Of a DNA stretch of 64,000 nucleotides, positions 13,189-25,412 are shown in pieces; the first letter of the stretch is position 1; every line of letters starts with the position of its first letter. Under the pieces are notes generated by a model, which was given only the letters and a program-made list of their open reading frames with translations, had not been told where the DNA came from and did no database searches. Both the position numbers and the translations under genes were made by a program. The stretch spans positions 72,777,757 through 72,841,756 of the forward strand of contig NC_090380.1 in the NCBI RefSeq assembly GCF_036365525.1. Direction: 5' to 3'. The stretch is from Heterodontus francisci. Its lineage: Eukaryota.

Positions 13189-13654
13189 GTAAGTATGTGG
13201 CAGCAAAGCGGAAAGTGCTGGGGTTGCTCAGCAGGTCATCTGTAGAGATAGAAGCCGAGTTAACTTTCAGGGCTGTGAACTTGGATAAGTTGACTCTGCT
13301 TCTCTTTCCACAGATGCTGCCTGACCTGCTGGATTTCTGCAGGATTTTCTGCTTTGCTGCCAAATTGACAGCAGCCCCAGTAGTCAGGTAAGTATTTCTT
13401 TGACATCTGTCAGGAAGCAGGTGGTGGGGCACTTAAAATAGGGCCCCTCCACCTGCTGCGCAGCTGTCAAAGGGTTCCTCACAGCACCGAATGTCCCACC
13501 TACCCACGTAAGATTGGGGGGAGGCTTGATGCAGTGATGATAATGAGCCCCGCGCGTAATATCGCGGGGGCTGTGTGGTGGCCGCTAAATGTGGACGCCA
13601 CGCTGAGTTGAAAGGGCGCCGCCACGCAGCGTTGCACCAGAATAAAATTCAGCC

Positions 13655-13855
13655 CACCATCCTGACTTGGAACTATATCGCCGTTCCTTCACTGTCGCTG
13701 GGTCAAACTCCTGGAATTCCATTCCTAACAACACCTACGCCCCAAGTATTGCAGAGATTCAAGAAAGCAGCTCACCACCACCTTCTCAAGGGCAATTAGG
13801 GATGGGCAATATCGCTGGCTTAGCCAGAGATGTCCACATCCCATGAATTAAAAAA
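13655..13855 (+). mobile_element. 3' tail of a CR1-like LINE family
   Basis: Tail 'caccaccttctcaagggcaattagggatgggcaat...cacatcccatgaa', shared with 16390-16640, 29150-29790, 41240-42570 and 57315-58520. Confidence 0.7.
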
Positions 13856-14927
13856 GAATTCTGGCGCCAACAACTTCCTAAAATTGGGTATGACTAACCA
13901 TTGTTAATTTATACAAAGTGGCAGCTTGTCTTTTTTTCTTCACTTTCTCCCCCTTATCTTTTGTTTGTCTCTATTGCCCATTAAAGAGATTAATTTACAG
14001 GCACTCTGCAAAGTCTCTGCAGACCCCTGGGGGTCTCTGGACCCCAGTTTGCAAACCATTGCACGAGCACAATAATTCTCAAATTTATTTCGTAGAAGGA
14101 CCCCTTTTTAAATAGATTAGTAATCACCAACCCAATCTAAATTAAAATACTAATTATGAATTCAAATCTACTGTTATAGGAGTTCTGAGATATTTAATGA
14201 AAGAATATTTAAAACATTTAATTCCCATTTTAAGTGGAACAGATAATTGATACACTGACAAGTTGGACTGAAATCTGAAATATTAAAGTAATGACTAAGT
14301 TAAGTAAATCCAGCACAGAATAACAAGAAGTGCGAGAATGAAAACAGAGCGATGGGGTTTGGGAGGATTTCATCAATAAACCTTTTGTGGACAGAGTTTA
14401 AAAACAGCACTGGGATATCAGCTCCCACAACTCATTGTCCAGTTCTAGAGAGAGGTGGCAGTGGTTAAGGAGACTGATGTGTGAACCGGCGGCTTGAACC
14501 TGCGTGTGTGCCCAGGAACATGTGGCTTCTCCAGGGAGGGAGGGGGGATTATTGTTGATTTTTGTCCTTTTGCTGCAAATGGAAGTGGCAAAAAGCAGCG
14601 CTAGAACTTTCTGTCTGAATATTGTGGCCGCTGTTCACAGCATCTGCCGGTTGCAATCACGGGCTCCACCCCATTCATGGCTCCAGACACCGATCATTAC
14701 TCCAGTTGCACATTTTGACTGCATTCCAAAAATGTCAAGAGATTTAAAAGTCCCACCATGAGATCATTAGCAAGGCTCAGAAATCGCATCCCTCATGATG
14801 GATTCATAAGAGTCGGCATGTCTACACACAACATTTTCAGAGCTTACTTTTGTGGAGCCAGAAATTACATGAGTGCTCCTCCTGGCTCCCCAAAGATATT
14901 GTGGCCACTGCTGGCCCATACTTGACC
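13823..14927 (+). repeat. Local duplication, copy 1 (~1.1 kb)
   Basis: Aligns with 16605-17709 at an offset of ~2.78 kb. The ORF-track peptides at 14504 and 17285 are nearly identical. Confidence 0.9.
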
Positions 14928-15228
14928 CCCAATCACATTTGGAAGAAGTGTGCATTTCAAAACTATGTTCCAGTTAAAACAGCAGCTAAGGAAGAAGGGA
15001 CACTTCTGTTATTTCTTTGAATTGAGGACAAATATATATACACATAAAATAGGCATCAGGCACTCTCTTGCATTTACAGTAATTGTAATCAGTTTAAGGT
15101 AGTTTGAACGGCCATCTTTGATCTTGTGGGACTGTAATGTGATGGGACTTGCTTTACACATCTGCACCTCATAACACAGCACTAACAGAAGAAATACTGA
15201 TATGTCTTTTTACTTGCTTTATTTTCAG

Positions 15229-15281
15229 ATGGGGCGACCATGATTCGTATGGATGATGGAAAAGGTAGTCCAGATTTATAA
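15229..15281 (+). CDS. Candidate terminal coding exon of the B7-like gene
   Basis: Strong polypyrimidine acceptor (ctttttacttgctttattttcag). The phase-1 frame gives DGATMIRMDDGKGSPDL*; the phase-0 frame gives MGRP*. Confidence 0.35.
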
Positions 15282-15592
15282 ATCAAAAGCGGCGTTACGA
15301 TTAAAGCCTTCAACTAGCTTCTCTGAATAATTCTTCGATCTTCACTATCGATTGCAAAGCTTTTCCAGAAGGAAATTCTTGGTGTTATAACCATTTAAAG
15401 CATTTTGTATTTGTTTTCCATAGATCACTGAACAATTAAAAAATACTTTATTCTTAGGAGAAAACTCACTGAGTAACTGGGAGAGAAATTCAACTCACAT
15501 CTGCCTGTTCTGCACCTGAAAAACGGATGATTAGCACTGAAAAATTGGAAATTGACAGGTGGGGGTATCCCGGCCAATCTATTGATGCTAGA

Positions 15593-15808
15593 GCAAAAAC
15601 AAGAAATGCTGGATTCACTCAGCAGGTCTGGCAGCATCTGTGGAAAGAGAAGCAGAGTTAACGTTTCGGGTCAGTGACCCTTCTTCGGTCACTGACCCGA
15701 AACGTTAACTCTGCTTCTCTTTCCACAGATGCTGCCAGACCTGCTGAGTGAATCCAGCATTTCTTGTTTTTGTTTCAGATTTCCAGCATCCGCAGTATTT
15801 TGCTTTTA
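15593..15808. mobile_element. Hairpin-shaped Penelope terminal fragment with 13-bp TSD
   Basis: Inverted repeat around gggtcagtgaccc...tcactgaccc, with attgatgctagag on both flanks. Confidence 0.85.
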
Positions 15809-16604
15809 TATTGATGCTAGAGTCCTGCCTGATGCCATGTTTAGGCATGCCTTTAAATAGATGAACATCCTACCTGTCTAAATAAGCATGAGGCTGCTTA
15901 AATGTGCAATTTGGGGTCTACAGCTGTTGCAAGACCGTGATGCAAATTCAGGTCCAAATTGTCAGGGCTTGCACCGTTCAGTCTCCTCCTAGGTCTTGAG
16001 TTGCCTACCCAGCAGGTTTTAAAGGCCACATACAGTCGTGCCAACTCCACCATCTCAAAATCAGGATACAAACTCCCAAAAATCAAGAGATTTGGTACAA
16101 AAATCATGAGTTGCTCTTTTATGCAAAATTGAACCAATATAGATTAACAGTTAGTTTATAAACATCATTAGAGTCTTATTTAATCTCTTAACAGGTCAAA
16201 GATCTTTACAAAAACTGTATTACCAGTTTGGAAAATGATTTACAAAAAACCTTTTGAAAGTCCTACCTGTTATCAGTTGTGCATTCTGTCTCATAAAACA
16301 GGGTCATGTTTATCAGCCTAGTATCTCTGGTTTGTGCAGTTGGTGAATGAGATAGGTTTTTGGGGGATATTCTATTTTGATTGACAGTCCCAGATGCATG
16401 GGAACACCACCACCAGTAAGTTCCCCTCCAAGCCACACACCATCCTGACTTGGAATATATCGCTGTTCCTTCACTGTGAGTGGGTCAAAATCCTGGAACT
16501 CCCTTCCTAACAGCATCCACACTTCAAGCGCCGCTAAGGTTCAAGAAGCAGCTCACCAGCATCTTCTCAAGGGCAATTAGGGATGTGCAATAAACACAGG
16601 CCTA

Positions 16605-17709
16605 GCCAGAGATGTCCACATCCCATGAATTTAAAAAAAATTCTGGCGCCAACAACTTCCTAAAATTGGGTATGACTAACCATTGTTAATTTATACAAAG
16701 TGGCAGCTTGTCTTTTTTTCTTTAATTTCTCCCCCTTGTTTTTTGTTTGTCTCTATTGCCCATTAAAGAAATAATTTACAGGCACTCTGCAAAGTCTCTG
16801 CAGACCCCAGGGGGTCTCTGGACCCCAGTTTGCAAACCATTGCACTAGCACAATAATTCTCAAATTTCTTTCGTAGAAGGACCCCTTTTCAAATAGATTA
16901 GTAATCACCAACCCGATCTAAATTAGAATACTAATTATGAATTCAAATCTACTGCTATAGGAGTTCTGAAATATTTAGTGGAAGAATATTTAAAACCTTT
17001 AATTCCCATTTTAAGCGGAAGAGATAATTGATACACTGACAAGTTGGACTGTGATCCGAAATATTAAAGTAATGCCTAAGTTAAGTAAATCCAGCACAGA
17101 ATAACAAGAAGTGTGAGAATGAAAACAGAGCCATGGGGTTTGGGAGGATTTCATCAATAAACCTTTTGTGGACAGAGTTTAAAAACAGCACTGGGATATC
17201 GGCTCCCACAACTCATTGTCCAGTTCTAGAGAGAGGTGGCAGTGGTTAAGGAGACTGATGTGTGAACCGGCGGCTTGAACCTGCGTGTGTGCCCAGGAAC
17301 ATGTGGCTTCTCCAGGGAGGGAGGGGGGATTATTGTTGATTTTTGTCCTTTTGCTGCAAATGGAAGTAGCAAAAAGCAGCGCTAGAACTTTTTGTCTGAA
17401 TATTGTGGCCGCTGTTCACAGCATCTGCTGGTTGCAATCACGGGCTCCACCCCACTCATGGTTCCAGACACCGATCATTACTCCAGTTACACGTTTTGGC
17501 TGTATTCCAAAAAAGTCGAGAGATTTAAAAGTCCCACCATGAGATCATTAGCAAGGCTCTGAAATCGCATCCCTCCTGATGGATTCACAAAAGTGGGCAT
17601 GTCTACACACAACATTTTCAGAGCTATACTTTTGTGGAGCTAGAAATTACATGTGTGCTCCTCCTGGCTCCCCAAAAATATTGTGGCCACTGCTGGCCCA
17701 TACTTGACC
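16605..17709 (+). repeat. Local duplication, copy 2
   Basis: High identity to 13823-14927. Confidence 0.9.
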
Positions 17710-19439
17710 GCCATGATTCTCCTCTGTCCCCATCCCAGACCCATATGTCTTGTTCCAGAAAGGGAGTCAGACAGAATTCTTCAGGTCCTGCACCTCTTCC
17801 ATTGAAGTATGGCCTAAGGAATTTGGCTCGGGTGGCATGGACTGGTGCACGGAACAACTGCTTTGCCAATTTGCAGCCCATTCTGGATGTATGTCAAATT
17901 TCTCCCACACAGTTACATTTTTGCAGATTCACGTTAAAGGGGAGATTTTAATGTTTCCCACCTGGCAGAAAAGAAGGTGAGCAGGTAGTTAAAATCACCC
18001 ATACAACTTCCTTCCTGAGGTCCTGCTTTCTTGCTGCACGTTCTGATTTTAACCCGCTTTTATCAGAAGTTGTCGGGGACACTCAGGTCTCCTTTAAGTG
18101 TACAGATCAGCTGAAAACAGGGTTTCTGTCACACTTTCATCAAATGTACGGTGGTAGAATGGGAGCAGCACCAAAGAAATACCAGGCCGTGTATGAAGTT
18201 CAGTGTGCATAATACAGTGTACATGACAGAAAGTTACTCTTGTAGAAAAGATTATGAATGACTGAAATTTGCTTTTGGTGGGTGATATTTGTATTTACTT
18301 ATAATGTTAAAGCTTTCTGTTGGAGCTATGTTGATATAATTGTGATTGGTTGCACTGCTATTGTTTTGTGGGGTGGCCCGTGATCCCATACAGCACATCT
18401 GATGTATATGGTGGGTATTGTTAGTGTCCTGCCCTTTATTAGCAGAGATCAAGAACCTAATATTGGAAACTGTTTCCAGCTCCAACTTTTGAGAATACAA
18501 CACCACTCCCTCTTCATAACTGGGTGCTGAGGTTTCTGTAGAAAGGTGTAAAGGTCACTTCATTGTATGTTCACTGGTCTTTTGGGATCAATCAAAGGCA
18601 GAGTCTGTGTACTGTGTCATGGACATCCCTGTGTGATTGCTTTGTTCCTTGACATGGGCAAACCCTAACTAAAACATAATAGTATCATCTAGCTGAAAGA
18701 AGTTTTCTTTTCTCTACTCATATATACTTTTTATTAAGAGTAAGCAGAATTCTAGCGGTAAATATATGTATGACAATAGCAATACATCAGTATTGGCTTG
18801 GAAAATGTGCACGATAGGTTTTGCCGTAGATGCCATAAATTACTGCTGGAGCAGTTTTGTTGCCAGAAGATTATATGGAGCATACTGATCTCCCCGCCAT
18901 ATGCTCTGTTCACTTCAATACCTTACACTGGCGTTGTGAATTGTGCTAGGCTTAATGTCATTTGTTGATGTGATATTGTAATTCTACCTTTGTCTGATTG
19001 CAAGCAACCTTTTTAACTTGTTTTAAATAAAAACCTTTAAACAAAATCTTTTGCATACCTTATTTGTTTTCTTGACCCTCCCCAATTGTGGTATTTTCGC
19101 ACCTCTCTAGTTTTTTGGACACATTCTATTCCCTATACTTCCATGTATGATACACCTGGTAAACCAGCTTCAGGCACAATTGAGATTAGAATTTCATTGT
19201 TTTGGAAATCAGAAGTTAATTGCGTTGGATGTTGCAGACACCAGCTTTTGTCTCGACACTTCAATGGAAAGATGGTTAGAATGGCAATTGATATTTCCTG
19301 CAATCTGTAAATGCTGAGATAGAATTTTCAAAGATGGCCTACATTTTATTATTTGTAATTGTGTGTAGGTGCTTCAATAATTGGATTTTCCTATTTAGAA
19401 TACTTAGCTCTATCAAACTTTCTCTCAAACTTTCATTGC

Positions 19440-20500
19440 AACTCAAGCAGCAGCCACACGATGTCTGAGTGCTGCAGTGGATGCTCAGCCTGCTGTCATC
19501 ATGAGTCTGGATGTCACTGTTCAAAGGGGTTTCAAGGGTGTCACAACAGTCCAGTAATCTGTTCTCCAACAGATGACTAGGATTGCTGAGGTGCCGCTTG
19601 GTGAGTGACAGGGTTCCATGAATCACAAACCCGATATCCTTTCTCAGGATGACAGCATTCATGCTCACACCTTTGTCACTGCACCATTGGTCTTGCTGTT
19701 GCCTGCCATTCACCTAGCTCAGAATGCTGCCACCCAGGCTGAGATGGTGCAGTTTGAAGCTGAACCTTCTAGGACCACAGTTGCTTGAGGTCGTCCTGCA
19801 AGGCAATCTGCAGCTTCCCCCGGTGAATGTCAGCAATTTTCCACTAGCCATGCTTCAGCCACTGGCGTAACACCTTTTAGGATCACTAGGACAGGTAAAG
19901 GCACAAGGGGAATGCAGAAGGGCAATTGCTTTATTTTGTAAATGATATGGCATGATTTCATTTATAAATTTGGATTGGAATGTGTACTTTGTGTTGGCTT
20001 TTACTTTTGCATTATGGGCAAGGGGACAATGTAATGACCAGTGCCTGAGGGTTCGAAAGGAATGTGGGACTATTGGTAAATGGGAAATTGGGTTGAGGTT
20101 ACTGGTATCATTCTCGATTTATTTGTTCACATTCAGCCCAGGCAGAAAGGGGTTGTCTTAGTTGCAGCCTTCCTTCCTCTTCTTCCACTTCTTCCTCTTC
20201 CTCGTGCTCCTGAGCTTCAGCTTCTTACCTGATCGCTGGTGACAATAGCTGTTCCCTCTTGATAGCAAAGTTGTGCAGCTGGCAGCGTACCGTGACATTT
20301 CTTGAGACTCGTTCAGTCAAGTACTGCAGGGCTTCTCTAATGCAATCCAGGCAGTGGAATCATTGCTTCAGGATGGTAATGGTCTGTTCTATCAGATTTC
20401 TTGTGGAAGTATTGCTCTCATGGTGACCACGTGTGCAGGTTGCAACCAGGGATCAGCAACATGGACACCAGTGCCTGTGGTAAACAAATTTGACATCCAT
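19440..20500. mobile_element. Harbinger relic (Myb/SANT-gene tail on +, transposase tail on -)
   Basis: Similar to 53000-54050. The minus strand has an EALQYLTERV...CQLHNFA transposase remnant. Confidence 0.55.
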
Positions 20501-21191
20501 GGTTTCTGTCCGGTTCGCCCAACCCTCTCTGACTGATAGCAGGCTACCCGAGGCTCGGTTTTGATTGACAGCTCTACTATTAAAGTGTACGTCAGGTGGA
20601 GGTGGGACCTGTGTCTGATGGATGGCAGCCCCCCTGTCTGTGATTGCTCACTGTGACTGAAAGCGGGCTGTCTGGGCAGGAGCGCTGATTGGCAGTTCAC
20701 AGCACAGCTGCACTGGTATCAGCCGCCACTGCTGTTTTGCGCGGTTTAGGGAGCGAGTGGGAATGGCTGCTGTGGGGGAAGGAGAGAGAGCAGCTGAGGG
20801 GAGAGCAGGAAGCAGGCCAGCGCATAGCCAGAGGCGTGGCATGGTGCTGAGGGAGCACACTGAGAGTCAGGCAGCTCTTTAAACAAGCACCGGCCCAGGG
20901 GGAGGATGGTGGGGAGAGAAGGATGGACACAGAGGGGGGGGGGGGGGGGGGTGGGGAGAGGGCAATGGCCACACAGAGGGGGGAGAGGGGGATGGACACA
21001 CAGAGGGGAGGGGGGCTAGACACAGAGAACAGGAATGGACAGAGAGAGAGAGAGAGAAACAGAAAGGGGAGGGAGAGAGATCACAATCAATCCTGACACA
21101 TGGACATCTATCCAAATTTCCGAATTCTCTACAGTAAGTGTGGGCAGACATTGACTGTTTGTGCAAGCATAAACAATGCCAGGTATCCTAC

Positions 21192-21755
21192 TGTGAGAAA
21201 CGTAGCCCACTTAATAATAATTTACACCAAGTCAAACTCTGAAGAAGTAAGTTTATTTAACGTTCTTGCAAGATCGGGTGTCCTACAAGCAGGCACACCG
21301 ATCAACATATTCAGTTCATGTTTATACAATACAAATCCATTTATCCACGCCTTTAGTTTACATTATTGGTTATAACATATTATGACACTAACCTATCCTA
21401 TAGTTGCTACAGTCTCCTCCTCTGTTTACTTCTCCCCCTACTCTAACTTTCTAGCCCCTAACTCTTGTTGTTGTTTTACCTTATTTGGCTCTCCATTGTG
21501 TGTTTTAACTTGCAGCTGTCAGCCTTTATCTTAGTGGGGCAGTTTCTTATTCACTACATCCTTTGTTCTAACTCTTGCTGTTTCTCTTTTCTCTGCCTAA
21601 GCACAATTTTTAACTGCTGTACTGTCTCAAGGTCTTTACTTACATCCCCTTATCAGTTCTCTTTTTCAGTGATTTCATTATGTTGTGTAGAAATGACTTC
21701 TCGGTAATTTTCCACAAGCTGTAGAAACAACATTTCAATATTTCTTATTCTCACA
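21192..21755 (-). repeat. ERV 3' LTR
   Basis: Direct repeat of 25736-26299; I noticed only 3 substitutions. Confidence 0.95.
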
Positions 21756-21771
21756 ATTCCCCCTTTTCTTT
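21756..21771 (-). promoter_or_regulatory. ERV polypurine tract
   Basis: Reverse complement AAAGAAAAGGGGGAAT immediately precedes the 3' LTR TG. Confidence 0.9.
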
Positions 21772-21839
21772 TACTTAATCCTTGTTGTTTTCTACATACT
21801 GAGGAGGGGTCTCATATGTCCTCTCAAATACTCTGAGCA

Positions 21840-23082
21840 TTATTTCAGCCGCCTTCTCAATGTCTGTACTCCCGTTGATACTATCCATTCTGTCATTTGG
21901 TTTCGGGCCTTGAATTCATCAGGTACCCTTCTTGGCACCCCTATGGAATCCAAGCACACCTGGTCGTCAAAAGAGTTCGCTATCGCTTCCCTTTTACCCC
22001 TTTCCCTCGTTATTATCTTTTGTTTCTCAAATGCCAAGGTGAATGGTGTTGCCAATTGAACAATTGCGCACGTCCCCTTCCACTGGGAGGGGAGGGTCTG
22101 TCTCAGGATTTTTCCTTCGCAATACCACCATAAATCCGCTCTGGGGACATTCAATGATGAGTAGTTCCCTCCCCTGACTCTTCCAGTTACGTCCTCAGTC
22201 TCTATGCATGACTTCAACTCTCCCATATTTCTGGTTAGCTCCGCACCGTGTCGACTTACGCATGATGTGTGATTCACACTGGTTGCTAAAAATGAAGGGG
22301 GAGTCCTTGAATCTTTTTTCTCTAGGGGAGGGAACATTAATGACAAGGATATGCAAGTTTGAATACCCCAAGCCGTCTTATCCTGATATAGGGCTAACAT
22401 GCATTCCATGCCCTTTCGGTCACGCTCCCACCCCAGCGGGAAAGGTACTACTTGAGCTATCGGTCTACCAGATGCACAAGCATAGCAATTGTTTTTGTTC
22501 AAACTTTTTACAGTATATTTTACCCATTCTACCCAGGCATTTGTGTCCCCGTAACCGGTTTCTATCTCAATTGTCTTTCTCAGGTCCTTTACCTCTATTA
22601 TTTTTACTATGTTAGGATCGTTATGAGAGGTCCCTTTTAGTTTGTTAGATGGTTTACCAGTCTTATCTATTGTTACCTGAAAACAACATTTTAATTCACC
22701 TTTCTTTTTCCCTTCTCTAACTGTTACTCTAAACACCTTGTTGTCTAATTGGAAGTGGGTATTTTTGATTTGTTGTTCTTCTGTTATCTGGACAATCTGG
22801 GCCTGGTTTTATGGGGCTCTGGTGAATGGATATAATCGGTGGGAGTGGGTCTCCTGTTAGTAGTCCATCCCCATAATAATGGAGGGACTCCACATAATAA
22901 TGTCTTTGGTTATGTATGCCCCCACATGGGATTAGGAAACATAAGTCTACTTCTACCACCTGAGGGTCCTGGCTCTTGGGGATTTCAATTCGTGTACCGT
23001 TGTCCCCGTCAGTTCCGTCCCACATTGTTATTTTTCCCATTACTGGGATGACTAATACTGCATACAAAAACATCCAACCCAT
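21840..23082 (-). pseudogene. env: ERV env remnant (signal peptide, SU with CxxC, furin site; TM subunit deleted)
   Basis: MGWMFLYAVLVIPVMG signal, CYAC, ADLWWYC...LPSQWKGTCA, RGKR and DSIGVPRRVPDEFKARNQ, then an abrupt end. Split over two frames at ~22730. Confidence 0.85.
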
Positions 23083-23227
23083 TTTATTTCCTGGCTACTT
23101 TTGAAAAGAAAGAGAGAAAGAGAGAAGGCACACAATATTACAGACAGTATTTCCGCGCTCGCGCCGCTATATAAAAAAAAGTTTGTTACTCAAAGTCTTT
23201 TTAGCTTTAGCTTCAATGGTTCTTCTG

Positions 23228-23701
23228 TTAATTCGGTTGTCCAAGTTCCTTCCTCGGCCGGGGGGGTTGTACCGGCCCCTTGATTCTTGTGTAGTGGGTC
23301 CAACCTCTTTCTGCCGTTCTTATGGCTGTTTCAGTGGTTAGGAGAGTCTGGTATGGTCCTTCCCAGTTCGGTTGTAGTTTAGTCTCTTTCCACGATTTCA
23401 CCAGAACCCAATCTCCTGGTTGGATCTTGTGTACTGCAAATCCGAGAGGTGGGGTCTGTGCTAACAGGCCTTGCTTCCTGAGGAATGACAATGAGGAAGA
23501 CAACGCCAGTATATAGTTCTTTAGAAACGAATCTTTAGTTTCTAAGGTTGGCATCTCGCCCCTGGTTCCCATATAGGGTAATCCAAATAGCATTTCATAG
23601 GGGGACAGTCCCACATCTTTTCTAGGGGCTGTCCGAATTCTGAGTATCGCTATAGGTAAACATTTGGTCCAGGATAACCTTGTTTCAAGTACCAGTGCCA
23701 T
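23228..23701 (-). pseudogene. pol: ERV integrase C-terminal remnant
   Basis: WTKCLPIAILRIRTAP...GLSPYEMLFG...HKIQPGDWVLVK...LQPNWEGPYQTLLTTETA...WTHYTRIK matches a gamma-type IN C-terminus with the GPY motif. Confidence 0.9.
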
Positions 23702-24410
23702 GCCTTTCTGCTCACTTCCACATTCCCCCTTTTATCATTCTATGATAACCTTCTCTCTACTGATATTCACGAGGATTATGTGGATCTATTTACTCAAATA
23801 ACATTTAAACAGTATAATATAAAAGCAAATATAAAAAACTCAGCAACTGCTGAATCAGAAGGGTAGGCTGAGCCACCCTCTAACAAGGGGGCGTGTATTA
23901 GCCTGGTCGGTATGTTTTTCATTCTAACTTTCCCCTGGGATTGTCATGTCTGGGTGATAAGAAGAGTGCTGTTGAAGTACAATGTCTCTCTCTCTCTCTC
24001 TTGCTGTACCAGCTGCAAGGCCAAGTTGCCTCTGCAGCCCTGAAGTTATGAAGTCAGCTAGCTTGTTAGCAATACATGACTAATTAATTGTTTCATCTTA
24101 AATGTTCCCATGTAATTCTGTACTTAAAAATTCTAAAATCTAAATTCTGTTCTCACAGTCCCCCTTTTGATTCTTCAAAACATTTTTAAAAAATCAATCC
24201 TTTGATCCCACCTAGGTGCCTTTAATGGTCTCTATTTGTCTAGAAACAGCCTTCAACACCCAGAGGGGTCGCACTCAATACGCCGCCTGCTTGTGCCATA
24301 AGAGGGGCCTGCGGTAACTCTGTAAAGGCATAAGTTTTGCAGGGGCTTCAACTACTTGTTTACAACATAAAAGGGTGGAACACTTGTACAATTACCATCT
24401 CATTTAAGAT

Positions 24411-25205
24411 TCACTGTTTTTCTCTGGCTTCATCTCTATTAACGAAAACTTTCTGCGCTTCTCTGAGCAGTTCGTCCAATTGTTTTTCACTCCATCCATC
24501 TATCTTTTGAATTTTCTTTTGGATGTCTGGCCATGATTTTGTTACAAAATGGACTCGAAGGAGTCCTTGGGCAACTGGGTCTTCTGGATCTAAACCTGAA
24601 TATTTCCTCATTGTGTCCCGTAATCTCTGTAAGAAATTTGAGGGAGTCTCATCCTTTTCCTGTCTTACTTCGAAGGCCTTATTCAAATTTTGTGATTTCG
24701 GGACAGATTCCCGAATGCCTTTTACTATCAGATTTCTAAGGTCTTTCATCTGGCCCCTATGGCCGACGTTATTGTTCTGCCACTGCGGGTCTTGATTAGG
24801 GTATTTTTGATCGGCTGGTTCGTTTCCCCCTACCCCGGGAGGGTTTTCTCTTTCCCAAATTTTCAGGGGTCTTCTACGAGGACTTTCATTTCCTTTTTAA
24901 ACACTCTTACCTCTCCTGACGTTAATGGTGCACTAACAAATCCAATTTTATTATTTCCTATTGGTACCTCTCTCAAGGGCATCATTGTCTTAGGAGACTC
25001 TCTGTCTCTATCGTCGTCGTTATCGTCGGGTTTAGGGGTGGTCCTTCTTGCTGTCCTTAGATCATATTTGGGTCTTTTTCTCCTTGGTTTTTGACTCTAA
25101 ATCCCAATACTCCAACATCCGTCCCAATGGACTTTCTGGAGGGATGTTGCCGGCAGACTTTCCTTGTCTCCCATCGTCTTCCTTTTTAGACGATTTATTT
25201 CCCAT
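24411..25205 (-). pseudogene. gag: ERV gag remnant
   Basis: ATG at 25205 gives MGNKSSK (myristoylation Gly2)...IPPESPLGRMLEYW. Capsid MHR VRQEKDETPSNFLQRLRDTMRKY and FVTKSWPDIQKKIQK. Contains internal deletions and frameshifts. Confidence 0.85.
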
Positions 25206-25211
25206 GGTAAA

Positions 25212-25412
25212 CTGAAGGGTCTTGTACCCTACGGTATTCACCTCCTAGCTGAAGGGTCTTATACCTTACGGTATTCACCTCCTAGCTGAAGGGTCTTATA
25301 CCCGACAGTATTCACCTCCTAGCTGAAGGGTCTTATACCTTACGGTATTCACCTCCTAGCTGAAGGGTCTTATACCATACAGTACTCACCTCCTAGCTGA
25401 AGGGTCTTATAC
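25212..25412. repeat. 37-bp tandem repeat array in the ERV 5' leader (5 full units + 1 partial)
   Basis: Unit ctgaagggtcttataccttacggtattcacctcctag starts at 25212, 25249, 25286, 25323, 25360 and 25397. Confidence 0.95.

Noticed and set aside
14504-14761. Duplicated 85-aa ORF with a signal-like stretch (also 17285-17542)
   Set aside because: GTG start, no domain signature, and its conservation is explained by the recent duplication.
20880-21080. G-rich/GA-rich tract as a functional element (G-quadruplex or switch-like region)
   Set aside because: Low-complexity sequence next to TE relics, with no regular repeat unit or supporting context.
21465-21707. Hydrophobic 80-aa ORF (duplicated at 26009-26251) as the missing TM exon
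   Set aside because: It lies on the antisense strand of the ERV LTR, and its hydrophobicity follows from T-rich composition.
25212-25412. CRISPR-like array (37-bp period)
   Set aside because: Units are contiguous with no unique spacers, lie in a retroviral leader, and the DNA is eukaryotic.
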